Below, in pieces: positions 45,005-54,269 of a stretch of 58,320 nucleotides of DNA (position 1 is the stretch's first letter; each line of letters starts with the position of its first letter). Position numbers and translations under genes: made by a program. The DNA is taken from IMG/VR virus record IMGVR_UViG_3300033149_003373, positions 1-58,320 of that record, one strand, 5' to 3'. Origin of the DNA: a virus. Lineage: Duplodnaviria; Caudoviricetes. Below the pieces are notes generated by a model. It made no database searches. It was given only the letters and a program-made list of their open reading frames with translations, and was not told where the DNA came from.

Positions 45005-45267
45005 ATGAAATATACCACCTTTATTTTCATGTCATCATATAAAGCATTCAAAAATGTTATTGTTGAACTAGCTGAAAGATGACTTATAGTATAATCTCCT
45101 GAATGTAATAAAAGACCGCTTACAAATACTTGTTCTTTTTTAGATGTTGAAGTATTAGCAAGAGTTAATACTCTATTTTTTGCACCACTAACTCCTGTTG
45201 CATCTGCTCCTGTAAAGTTTTCAGGGTCTTGTATAGTTGTCAAACTTCCTGCTTTTATCATGACCAT
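45001..45267 (-). CDS. Small beta-rich virion-type domain protein
   Basis: QVFVSGLLLHSGDYT...TITFLNAL...IKVVY. Confidence 0.55.
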   Translation of the reverse strand: MVMIKAGSLTTIQDPENFTGADATGVSGAKNRVLTLANTSTSKKEQVFVSGLLLHSGDYTISHLSASSTITFLNALYDDMKIKVVYFI

Positions 45268-45987
45268 TTAATCACCCACATAATTTGCATTATAAACAAC
45301 AAATTTGCTTCTTCCTCCTGGAATTACTTTATTATTTATTTTATTTTTCAAATCTTCAGTATCTGTATTTAAATCTCCAGTTTCAAAATCATAGAAAATT
45401 AATTTTCCGCTTAATATGAATTCTTCTGAATCAGATATTTTCGATGCAGATTCTATTATATGAGGAAACATTTCTGAAATATTATTGTCTTTATGCATAA
45501 GCTTTATGAAATTCTTGGATTTTAATAAAAATGTTTCAATACCTTCATAATTTGGCTGTATAGAATATAACATATTATCACTAAATTCTGACATAACTCT
45601 TTCAAGTCTGCTTAATGTCTTTTTTTGCTCATTTATAATTTCTATTTTATTTTTAAAGTCATCACCTTCAAGAGTTTTCCATCTATTTATAGTCTCGAAT
45701 TTCTTTATCCATTGATAAGGATATTCAAATAAAGAAGTTGTATCCATTTCTGCTATTTCGTCTTCAGTGCATAAATGGAGATTCTTCCTATGATTAAATT
45801 CTTTAAAAGATAATTTTCTAGGAGGAAGAATCCTTAATGTGCCATAACACCATTCATTATCAATTAGATAGAGTTCTTTATTTACTTTATCAGACAAATC
45901 TTCATCTAATACCATAAGTGGCTGGTTTCCAAGAAACATCAATTTTGCATGATTTCCTGGAATTAGCAATGCATTATTTTTTATCAT
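45268..45987 (-). CDS. ASCH-like N-domain + degenerate ATP-dependent DNA ligase adenylation-domain N-part
   Basis: IQPNYEG (motif I KxDG position), ISEMFPHII, FILSGKL (motif III LDGE), FVVYNANY (motif IIIa FD). Confidence 0.55.
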   Translation of the reverse strand: MIKNNALLIPGNHAKLMFLGNQPLMVLDEDLSDKVNKELYLIDNEWCYGTLRILPPRKLSFKEFNHRKNLHLCTEDEIAEMDTTSLFEYPYQWIKKFETINRWKTLEGDDFKNKIEIINEQKKTLSRLERVMSEFSDNMLYSIQPNYEGIETFLLKSKNFIKLMHKDNNISEMFPHIIESASKISDSEEFILSGKLIFYDFETGDLNTDTEDLKNKINNKVIPGGRSKFVVYNANYVGD

Positions 45988-47368
45988 TTCTTTTTCCTTT
46001 GTCTGGTTTTTCATTTCCGCCTGGTTCTTTTTTGTCTTTTTCTGTTTCATCATCATCACCAATTTCTTTATTTTGTAAAGGTTTAATCCATAGACCTTTT
46101 CTTTTTGGTAAATTTTCAGTCTTTCTTATCCATTCATCTAAATCTTCAGATGGGTGAAGAAGACCAAATCTTGCATATTTTGAAATTCTTTCTGATTTTG
46201 AATCTAACTCTTGTAAAGCAATTTCATTGAATACAATTTTAGGAGGAATTAATTTTTTACCACTAGAATTTTTATTTTCAAGTTCTGCTATTCTTTCAAA
46301 TATTTTAGTTTCTATAACTCTTGATACTCCTGACATCATTTCTTTTAATGTAAGCTTTAGGAAATATTCTTGTTTTGAAAGAGTGTCTCTGTTTACTTCT
46401 CCGCCTGCTCCTGTTGCAAATGCTGAAGGAATTCCTAATCCAGTTATTTCCATATCAACCCAATAATCAAGAAATGTTCTCAAATCCTTGCTTATTTTTG
46501 GTTCTAAAAATGTGATTTTATCGTGATATTTATGTGAAAACGAGCTTCGTGCATTCATTTCTTTTAGCTCTTCTACACCTTTTTTTAACTGTTCTTCTGT
46601 TGGTTGATGCGTCTCATCTCCCATTGATACAACTGGAACAGGATTTCCAATTCTATAAGAAGCAAGAGCAAAACCTTCTTCACTTGATTTGTGCCTGATA
46701 TATGTATTATAAATAGGTTCTACAATTCCAAGTGGGAAAAAACCACTTGAATCAGAATACATCTTGAATAGAGCTATTCTTTCTGCTGGAATATATATCT
46801 GTGTTCCTAAAAGATGAACACCTTCTGGAGGTTCTATTTTTTGTTCAAGAGAAAACATATTGATAAGAGTTTGTGTATATCCTATTGGATTCTGGCTTGA
46901 ATCAAGAGCGATATTCATAGTTGAACTTCTTGCATAATCAAAAGTTTTTGCATCTATAGTATCTAAATCAACTATTTTGTTTCCATCTTTATTATGAATA
47001 AGTTCTACTGGCTGGATTCCAAACATAAAAAGAAATTTGAATATATTTTTTCTGACTTCTTCCCATGTTCTTTCTCCACCTTTTCTTCCAATATTTTCTA
47101 AAAAGTCAGTAAAAAACTTTACAGAATATTCATCTCCTTTTAATGTATAATCAACACTCATAAGAAGTTGCACCAGCTTATTTACTGAATTGAAAATTAA
47201 AGGAGATTCCATATAAACTCCTTCAAGATTTTGTCTTGGAACCCTCGAGAGAAATGGAGTTTCTCTTTTAGAAATAGGGTCTGGATTCTCAGTAGAATAT
47301 ATAGGACTTTTTAATTCAAACGTTTTCTTTGGGAAGAAAATATTGCCTAATCTAGACGTTATTGACAT
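45974..47368 (-). CDS. Portal protein
   Basis: 464 aa directly after TerL; FMFGIQPVEL, PLGIVEP, GLGIPSAF, DEWIRKTENLP patterns. Confidence 0.85.
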   Translation of the reverse strand: MSITSRLGNIFFPKKTFELKSPIYSTENPDPISKRETPFLSRVPRQNLEGVYMESPLIFNSVNKLVQLLMSVDYTLKGDEYSVKFFTDFLENIGRKGGERTWEEVRKNIFKFLFMFGIQPVELIHNKDGNKIVDLDTIDAKTFDYARSSTMNIALDSSQNPIGYTQTLINMFSLEQKIEPPEGVHLLGTQIYIPAERIALFKMYSDSSGFFPLGIVEPIYNTYIRHKSSEEGFALASYRIGNPVPVVSMGDETHQPTEEQLKKGVEELKEMNARSSFSHKYHDKITFLEPKISKDLRTFLDYWVDMEITGLGIPSAFATGAGGEVNRDTLSKQEYFLKLTLKEMMSGVSRVIETKIFERIAELENKNSSGKKLIPPKIVFNEIALQELDSKSERISKYARFGLLHPSEDLDEWIRKTENLPKRKGLWIKPLQNKEIGDDDETEKDKKEPGGNEKPDKGKRNDKK

Positions 47369-47399
47369 GAATAAATATACCTCTTGTGATTTAAATACA

Positions 47400-48839
47400 T
47401 CACGTATAGAACACTTTTCCAGTATATCCCTTATTTACGGTTGCTCCATTAAGTGCCATTCCCAAACTGAAAATCATGTCATCATGTGAAGCATTACATA
47501 CAAATGTTTCAAGACCTGTCATTGTTTTCTTAGGAACTATTGATGTTAATTCAACAAATAACTGGTCTGTAAGTATTGTGCAATTGCTGTTAGGTTTTCT
47601 TGGAATTATAATAGTTGGAACTCTTTTTCCATCAAGCATTTTTCCTTCAAATATTCTTCTTAAATTTAATAACAATCCACGCCTTGAAGTATGGTCAAAT
47701 TTCTGTCCAACTACAGGAACCTGATTCTGTCTCAATTCCTGAACAACATCTACTCCATAATTTGTTTCATCAAGCCTCATGGCAACTGGTTTGAAAATAT
47801 TATTCAATTCTAACAGCCGTTTTTTCTGGGCTGATATTGGCATTCCTTTATGACGTTCTATATGCTTTATATAAAACTTATCTCCATTACTTTCAATAAC
47901 TGTAATTACAAAATAGTCTGCATCTTTTCCACTGCTTACTGCAAAATCTACTCCAATATATACATTTTCTCCTTCACTATTGTAGCTGAATTCAAGGTCT
48001 TCATCCCATGCATCTATAACCATTTCAGGAGTAATTAGTGCATCTTCTGAACTATGCGTATTACATAAATATTCTCGGTCAAACGCAAGTGAACCTATAG
48101 ATTCTTTTATTTGTTTTAACTTTTCTATAGGATATAATTCTGGAAATATAGCTTTTCCTTTAAATATATCATCTGGCGGTGCATTTATTATTGCAGGATA
48201 TACTTTTGTAACAAACAATGGATTTGACTTTAATTTCATGGATAAATCTGCTCCATGAACTACTGTAGTAATCCCAACTAATTTCCCTTTTTTAGCAGTT
48301 ACTCTTGTCATAACATATCTTTCAAAAACTGTTCCCTGAGCAAGATTGTCTTTGTATTTAGCCACTTCATCTGAAATTAAATAATCAACATGAAAAGATG
48401 CAATATTTTCATTATATGGTTTTGAGAAAACTTTACATTTATTTGAAAGCACCAGTTCAGTCTTGCTCCATGTTGTATCGCTTTTATTTTTAGGTTCTAG
48501 GAATTGAAGAAATTCATTATCTTCAATTAAATTTCTAATCCTTTCAAGTATTCCTTTTGCTTGTGGCTCTGTTTTTGAAACAACTAAGATTTCTTTTTTT
48601 CTATTATAGAAACAAATCCATAAAGGAAACCATATACCCAAAATTAAAGTTTTCCCGTGTCCTGTAGGAGCTATAATCATAGTTCTTTCATTTTTTCTAG
48701 CCATCTCTATCCATTCTATATGGAACGGTTTTATTATTTCTCCAGACATTCTTTCTATCCAGAATGCTGGGTCTCTGCTTCCTGTTATACTAAATGTTTC
48801 AAAATTCATGTCTCCTAGAATATCTTTTGCAGTTCTCAT
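47400..48839 (-). CDS. terL: Terminase large subunit
   Basis: Walker A APTGHGKT, Walker B LISDEV, FDREYLC, RNase H-like IGVDFA and HDDMIFS. Confidence 0.95.
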   Translation of the reverse strand: MRTAKDILGDMNFETFSITGSRDPAFWIERMSGEIIKPFHIEWIEMARKNERTMIIAPTGHGKTLILGIWFPLWICFYNRKKEILVVSKTEPQAKGILERIRNLIEDNEFLQFLEPKNKSDTTWSKTELVLSNKCKVFSKPYNENIASFHVDYLISDEVAKYKDNLAQGTVFERYVMTRVTAKKGKLVGITTVVHGADLSMKLKSNPLFVTKVYPAIINAPPDDIFKGKAIFPELYPIEKLKQIKESIGSLAFDREYLCNTHSSEDALITPEMVIDAWDEDLEFSYNSEGENVYIGVDFAVSSGKDADYFVITVIESNGDKFYIKHIERHKGMPISAQKKRLLELNNIFKPVAMRLDETNYGVDVVQELRQNQVPVVGQKFDHTSRRGLLLNLRRIFEGKMLDGKRVPTIIIPRKPNSNCTILTDQLFVELTSIVPKKTMTGLETFVCNASHDDMIFSLGMALNGATVNKGYTGKVFYT

Positions 48840-49144
48840 TTAATCACATTAAAATTCCATTTTCTTTTTTTAGGATAATGTATCCAAATCTCAAATCGTA
48901 TATTTCTTTTTTTGCACCAATTTTTTATTCTTTTAAACTGTTCTTTTTCTCTTTTAGATGGATAATATTTTTTAGCTTTGCATTCTTTAATTTCTACAAC
49001 TTTCATTACTTCAGGAGAATTATCAGAAAATATAATAAAATCTGCTCCAAAAGAACCTATTGCTACTTTTGAGACGGATTCAGGGTCTCGATTAAGTGAA
49101 AGCATTTTTTTTGCCAAATATTCACTTCTATATCCTTTTCGCAT
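48836..49144 (-). CDS. hjc: Archaeal Hjc-type Holliday junction resolvase
   Basis: KGYRSEY, GADFII, VVEIKE motifs. Confidence 0.75.
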   Translation of the reverse strand: MRKGYRSEYLAKKMLSLNRDPESVSKVAIGSFGADFIIFSDNSPEVMKVVEIKECKAKKYYPSKREKEQFKRIKNWCKKRNIRFEIWIHYPKKRKWNFNVIK

Positions 49145-49273
49145 TTCAACACCTAATTAGGAGCAAGCATTATTCCTTGACCAGACATATATCCAATAAC
49201 ATATGCTTTTTTCTGATATACGTCTGTAAGGAAAACAAATGTTCCATCATCACGCACTGAAAACAAACTAGAC

Positions 49274-49582
49274 TTATTTGCTGTATCTGAACTTGAAGTA
49301 ATCAAAGACATCATTATCACTAAAGTTTATATTGCATCTCCTTCCTATATATTTGCTTGGAAATGTAACACAGCTTACTGTTCCGCCATTTATTACATTC
49401 ATGTTTCGTGTTTCTGCTTCAAAATGTTCTTCATCTATTGTTTCATCTTGAAAAGAAACTGAAATTGTTTTTCCAAGAAAAAATTTTGGAAACCTTATAA
49501 TACCTAGTTTGTTAATTACCAAGCCTCTTTTCCTGTTGAATTTCAGTGTTATATATTTTACAGTCTTGTATATTTCTACCAT
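49274..49582 (-). CDS. DUF2080/AbrB-like tandem small-domain protein
   Basis: Two repeats of V...G..G.I.FPK.(F/Y)(L/I)G(K/R). Confidence 0.5.
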   Translation of the reverse strand: MVEIYKTVKYITLKFNRKRGLVINKLGIIRFPKFFLGKTISVSFQDETIDEEHFEAETRNMNVINGGTVSCVTFPSKYIGRRCNINFSDNDVFDYFKFRYSK

Positions 49583-49603
49583 ATGTATTATACACATAAC
49601 TAA

Positions 49604-49621
49604 TATATAAAGCTTTATATA
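49604..49621. promoter_or_regulatory. 18-bp perfect palindrome containing back-to-back TATA boxes
   Basis: TATATAAAGCTTTATATA; minus-strand TTTATATA lies about 22 nt from ATG 49582. Confidence 0.6.
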
Positions 49622-49631
49622 AAAAAGATAT

Positions 49632-49811
49632 TTACTCATTTTCTATTTCTTCAAAATCAGAAAGAATATTATTTATTTGTGCTAACTCATGCTTCTCTTT
49701 ATGTCTTTTCTCTATAAGACCACATATCCCACTTGCTTGTTTTTTATTATAACCTTTTTTCATCTGGTCTTTAATACACGATGCGAAATTAGGATATTTT
49801 CCCATTGGCAT
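49632..49811 (-). CDS. Small two-Cys helical protein (possibly head-associated)
   Basis: MPMGKYPNFASCIKDQ...ASGICG. Confidence 0.55.
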   Translation of the reverse strand: MPMGKYPNFASCIKDQMKKGYNKKQASGICGLIEKRHKEKHELAQINNILSDFEEIENE

Positions 49812-51437
49812 TTGTACCACCTTTAGCAATTTTCTGTGCTTTTATAAAATGTCTGTCAATATGTATATAGACTCCTAATCCAGTAAATATGCTGATTATA
49901 AGATAAACAAAAAGTATGTCATTTGCACTTATTATATTTAAAAATACATTTGCAAAAAGCGAGAGCCATCCTGCTATGTTAAACAAACTAAGAGCAAATA
50001 AGCCATTATGGTTATACTTTTTGATTTTGAAAAATATTCCTATCCAGAACAATGCCAATATTCCAAATACTATCATTTCCATTTGTGGATGAACTATTGC
50101 TGTTTCAAATACCATATCATCATCTTTTTATTTTATCAACAAAGCTTACACCTGCTGACGCTATCATAGCAGTGATAAAATCATGATTAACTAAAAGAGA
50201 TACTGCTATTCCAATAATCACAGACCCTAGAAATCCCAGTCGGATTAATTTCTTTTTTTCCAATTTCTCTATTCTTGGAATTATAAGAGCTGCATCCTGT
50301 ATGCTCGAATCTAGTATTAGTTTTATTGAAGCACCCATTAAACCCGCTAGTACAAATACTATTGGGGTAAATACTGCATCCATATGACATAACCTAGACC
50401 CATTAGTAATTACATTAGTAGAATATAAATGTACTATTAATTTCAATATTCTAAATCATCTATATATTGTACTTTTTCGCATAAGTATTTTGCTCTTTTA
50501 ATTACCTTTAATTGTACTGCTTCTGGAATATTATTACTCATTTCTTCATCTCCTTTTCTATTCTCTTTGGTTGTCTTCCTTTGTCATCTATTGTAGGATA
50601 TTTTTTCCAATCTTTTGGTGACGATAATTCCTTGTATTTTATTTTTAAAGATTCTTCTTTTCTCTTCATAGCTTCAAGCATGAGTTCTTCTACTGTCCAA
50701 TTCTTTCCTGAATTTAGTTTCTGTTCAAGTATCTCACTTATTATTTCTTTGTCTTTCATTTATCCAACTCTTCCATAAGTTTCCTTTCTTCTTCTTTTGA
50801 AAGCAGGACTTCTTGTTTCATGTTCTTTCTTCCAATAAACCTTATTCTTGTTTTCCCATTTTCCTCATTAACTACTATTTCCATTTCACTCAACTCCAAA
50901 CTTTTTGATTTTGAAACATCTTCTTCTGTCGCAAGAGCTAAAAAGAGTATGCCAAAAAATGTAATGAACAATCCAAATATACCTAAATTACCTTTTGGAA
51001 AAAATTTAATTAATAAACAAGGTATAACAAGTCCACCAAAAATCATTCCATATTCTACTTTGTGTTTTATCATTGTCTACACCCATAATATTTATTATAA
51101 CCCAAAGCATCACGAACAATCTCTCTTAAAATCATCAAAGCTAGACTCGCAACAAACAAAATCACTCCTGAAATTAGTACATATAATAGCATGTTCAAGC
51201 CTAAAAAAGTAAGAACCGCAAAAAGTGTAATTAAACACAATCCGCCAATTATCATCTTTTCTGGTAAAAGTCTAATCTTCATTTTTACTCAACTTTCTCT
51301 TTTATGGTTGTTGCTAAATGAGTTTCTTCTTTCATTGTTTCTTTCATTAACCTGAATGTAGGAGTGAAGAGATAAATTGTAGCAATAATTAATACAACAA
51401 GTATCAGGATTATAAGACCTATCAGTTCTGTTGTCAT
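49789..51437 (-). other. Cluster of small, mostly membrane-protein genes (49789..50115, 50120..50383, 50538..50759, 50756..51073, 51070..51282)
   Basis: Multiple hydrophobic helices in four of the ORFs. Confidence 0.7.
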
Positions 51438-51949
51438 TCACTCAACTCCTTTTTGAATATCCACATCTTCATGTTTTCTAATTATCAAACTGTTGAAATT
51501 ACCTTTAGAACATTCTTCACAATGTGTGTGTTCATAACGAACATTTCCTTTAAGATAAGATGTTGTTTCAAAATGTTTTCCACAACCATCGCAAATAGTA
51601 TTTACTAATCCTATTTCTTTTAATGGCTCTTCTGGTTTTACTGGGTCATATATATAATATTTTGACTTTTTTACTATTGTTCCTGTTAACGACTTTAATG
51701 CTCCTTTTACACTTTTTACTGGTATCTTAACTTCTTCTGATATTTCCTCTGCTGTGAAAGCCTTGTCTGAATTCTTCTCTAAAAATTCTTTTACTGATTT
51801 ATTATTCACTCCCATTGCAGTCATTTTATTAAATTCTTCTTTGCTTATACTCATTCACTCAACTCCTTTTCTTAAACTCACTATAATTATGAGCTATCAT
51901 TAATAGATACACTTCTCTTATTGTTTCAATCGTCATTCACTCAACTCCT
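51435..51949 (-). repeat. Three identical 16-bp gene-junction motifs AGGAGTTGAGTGAATG
   Basis: CATTCACTCAACTCCT at 51435-51450, 51852-51867, 51934-51949. Confidence 0.9.
51438..51854 (-). CDS. Winged-helix + Zn-finger protein
   Basis: AFTAEEISEEVKIPVKSVKGALKSL; CDGC...CEEC. Confidence 0.75.
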   Translation of the reverse strand: MSISKEEFNKMTAMGVNNKSVKEFLEKNSDKAFTAEEISEEVKIPVKSVKGALKSLTGTIVKKSKYYIYDPVKPEEPLKEIGLVNTICDGCGKHFETTSYLKGNVRYEHTHCEECSKGNFNSLIIRKHEDVDIQKGVE

Positions 51950-52410
51950 CTCTTTTTGAATATGGTATTTAAAACATCTTCATAAATTACTAATCTATTT
52001 TTTCCTAACGCAACATCATGATACATTACTTCATCAAGCTCTTGCTTTAGAGAGGAGATGGCTTGTTTCTTTGCTGTCATTTTAATAGCTTCCATAATTT
52101 CACCATCAGGACATATATGAAGTTTTGGTTGACCACAAACACAAATTTCAAAAGTTTCTCTTTTTTCTTTAGTTACTATATGCCATAAAATTTTCTTTTT
52201 TTCTCCTTTTTTTTGTGCAACTAAACCATCATTATAAAGTAATTTTAAAGCAGTTGTAACATAAGATATTGCTGAACTTCTATACCTTAATTTTTTTACA
52301 ATATCAGAAACTTCTGTCCAAGTATTCCCCTCTCTAAGTATTTTCAATATGTCATGTTTCAAAACATCAACACTTCTCTCTTTGTCTTTGCATTCTTTTT
52401 GTTCAGTCAT
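51937..52410 (-). CDS. MTEQKEC-family protein with internal winged helix
   Basis: ILKILRE...VSDIVKKL...VTTALKLLYNDGLV between the family's constant ends. Confidence 0.75.
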   Translation of the reverse strand: MTEQKECKDKERSVDVLKHDILKILREGNTWTEVSDIVKKLRYRSSAISYVTTALKLLYNDGLVAQKKGEKKKILWHIVTKEKRETFEICVCGQPKLHICPDGEIMEAIKMTAKKQAISSLKQELDEVMYHDVALGKNRLVIYEDVLNTIFKKRGVE

Positions 52411-52510
52411 TCTTCAACAACTCCTTTTGGAATATCTCCGCCGACTTCACACACCGATACTTGCTGAGACTCTGTCCTTTTAGGATGAATCGACCATCAT
52501 GTGAAAACGT

Positions 52511-52816
52511 TTACGGAATTCTTCTCTTTTTAAATATGCGATTTTGTCTGTATTTAATTGCTTCTATAACATTCCTTCTGATTGCTCTTGTCATCTTTTC
52601 TTTCTCTCCTACTATTTGTTTAGTTTCATCGTAAGCATCATCTAAATCTTTTTCAAGCTCTTGCTTTAGAGAGGTGATGGCTTCTTTTCTACCTTTCCTA
52701 TAAGCTTTATCTTGTAGTAATTTCTGATAGTCTTTGTTCTTCTCTATTTCTTTCATCAACTTATCCAACTTGCTCTTTATTTTATTAAGATGTTTGCATT
52801 CTTTTTGTTCAGTCAT
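52511..52816 (-). CDS. MTEQKEC-family protein
   Basis: MTEQKEC...AITSLKQEL...IFKKR. Confidence 0.75.
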   Translation of the reverse strand: MTEQKECKHLNKIKSKLDKLMKEIEKNKDYQKLLQDKAYRKGRKEAITSLKQELEKDLDDAYDETKQIVGEKEKMTRAIRRNVIEAIKYRQNRIFKKRRIP

Positions 52817-53890
52817 TCAATTCACCTTTTTCTTCATATATTCTATCTGCCATTATTGTAATTGCAATCAAGTCAGGAAATTCTATCTTATGCTTTAGTA
52901 TTATTTCTGTTTCAGTTTTTGAGACTGAAGCTTCATATTTGTTTATTTCTCTGTTCAAATGCCTTATTTTATCTCTTATGAATCCTATTTGTTTCAACTT
53001 GTCAAATGTGTCTTTGTCTTCCAATATTTTCCTAATTTCTTTATGGTTCATTTAATCACCAATTCTACTTTCAAATTATCCAGAAGCTCGTTGAATCTGC
53101 AATCTTTGTTTTCACATTGCATCCTTGCTCCTGTATTTGAATCATAAATTACTACATTTTCTACATGACACTTAGGACATTTAACTCCTTTTACTGCTTT
53201 CCAAGTTTCAATCATCTATTCAACACCTTCTTCTTTTTTGAAACGTTCAAATTCTGATGTAAATGATTTCCAAAATAAAATCTTATTTTTTCTTGAGTCA
53301 CTAACCACAAGTGTTTCTAATTTCCTTTCAACCTTATCAGCAAATGATTTTATGACTTGTTTTCTGTGGTCTTCCATTGAAATGCATGTTTTATCTTTCC
53401 AATCTATGACATGGGTAGGCATATTCTTCTTAGCATCTTTTTGTTTTTGTTCCCAGTATTTATTTGATAATCCAGCTTGTTCATTCTTTCCATGTTTCTT
53501 GCCTTGTTCATAACCTTTTCTAAAACACTCAGTAGTATTTATTTCAAATTCATTATTTACTAAACTTTTCTCAGCTTCCTGCCATGCTTTTCTGATAGAT
53601 TCTTGCATTACTTCATTTACCTGTGAAAACCAATATTTCTTTAGTTTTAATTTTTCTAAAACTTCTTTCTTAATCTTCTCCATTGTTTGTTTTGGTATCA
53701 TACAATCACCTTAGGTTCATATCCACAATAACCGCAGAATATAAGAGAATTATATCTTGGTTTAACTAAACGACCTGTTTTACATTTACCACATCTTTTA
53801 ATTTTCATTCACTCACCTATATCCACATTTAGTGCAAACCCATCCATGCGGGTTTTGATACATCCTGTCTTTGCATTTAGGACACAACAT
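52809..53890 (-). other. Small hypothetical genes (52809..53051, 53216..53701 and several sub-60-aa Zn-ribbon ORFs)
   Basis: GGTGA SD motifs and CPKC...CxxCG motifs on the minus strand. Confidence 0.6.
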
Positions 53891-53986
53891 ATAAATCACG
53901 AAATATATTTTACGAATTCAATCTTAAAATGAAGATATGTATAAATATCATTCACGTTAAGATTGCAATACTCTTTTTGTTTGTGT

Positions 53987-54080
53987 ATGATGGAAGAAGA
54001 ACAGGTTTCAAGTCCGAGGGGAATTGACCTGTTTCTTCTATTACGCTATATCTTAGTTCAATAAGATTAACAACCATCAT
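53987..54080 (-). ncRNA. Candidate structured leader RNA (three-way junction)
   Basis: 7-bp closing stem ATGATGG/CCATCAT enclosing two hairpins; begins about 21 nt from a TATA box. Confidence 0.4.
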
Positions 54081-54100
54081 TATTATATATACTTTCCTAG

Positions 54101-54113
54101 TATATAAAGCTTT
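54101..54113 (-). promoter_or_regulatory. Archaeal BRE/TATA-like promoter for the leftward arm
   Basis: AAAGCTTTATATA on the minus strand, same as 49604-49616. Confidence 0.55.
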
Positions 54114-54269
54114 TATTTAAATAATATGGGGAAGTTTCAAGAAACCGCCAGGTGTCTTATGTTATGTAATAAGTGTAAGAGTAAAGTATTTTATAGTAAA
54201 GAAGGCAACTGGTTAGTTTATTCCTGTTCTAAGTGCGGGTATAGAAGGTCAGTATTAATTTAAAAGATG

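Noticed and set aside
21919-49160. Numerous plus-strand ORFs inside the late arm
   Set aside because: Antisense to long, motif-bearing minus-strand genes; no SD or recognisable motifs.
51435-53230. Shared C-terminal GVE as a protein tag
   Set aside because: Explained by the overlapping GGAGTTGA SD/stop motif for the next gene; one junction uses it in a different frame.
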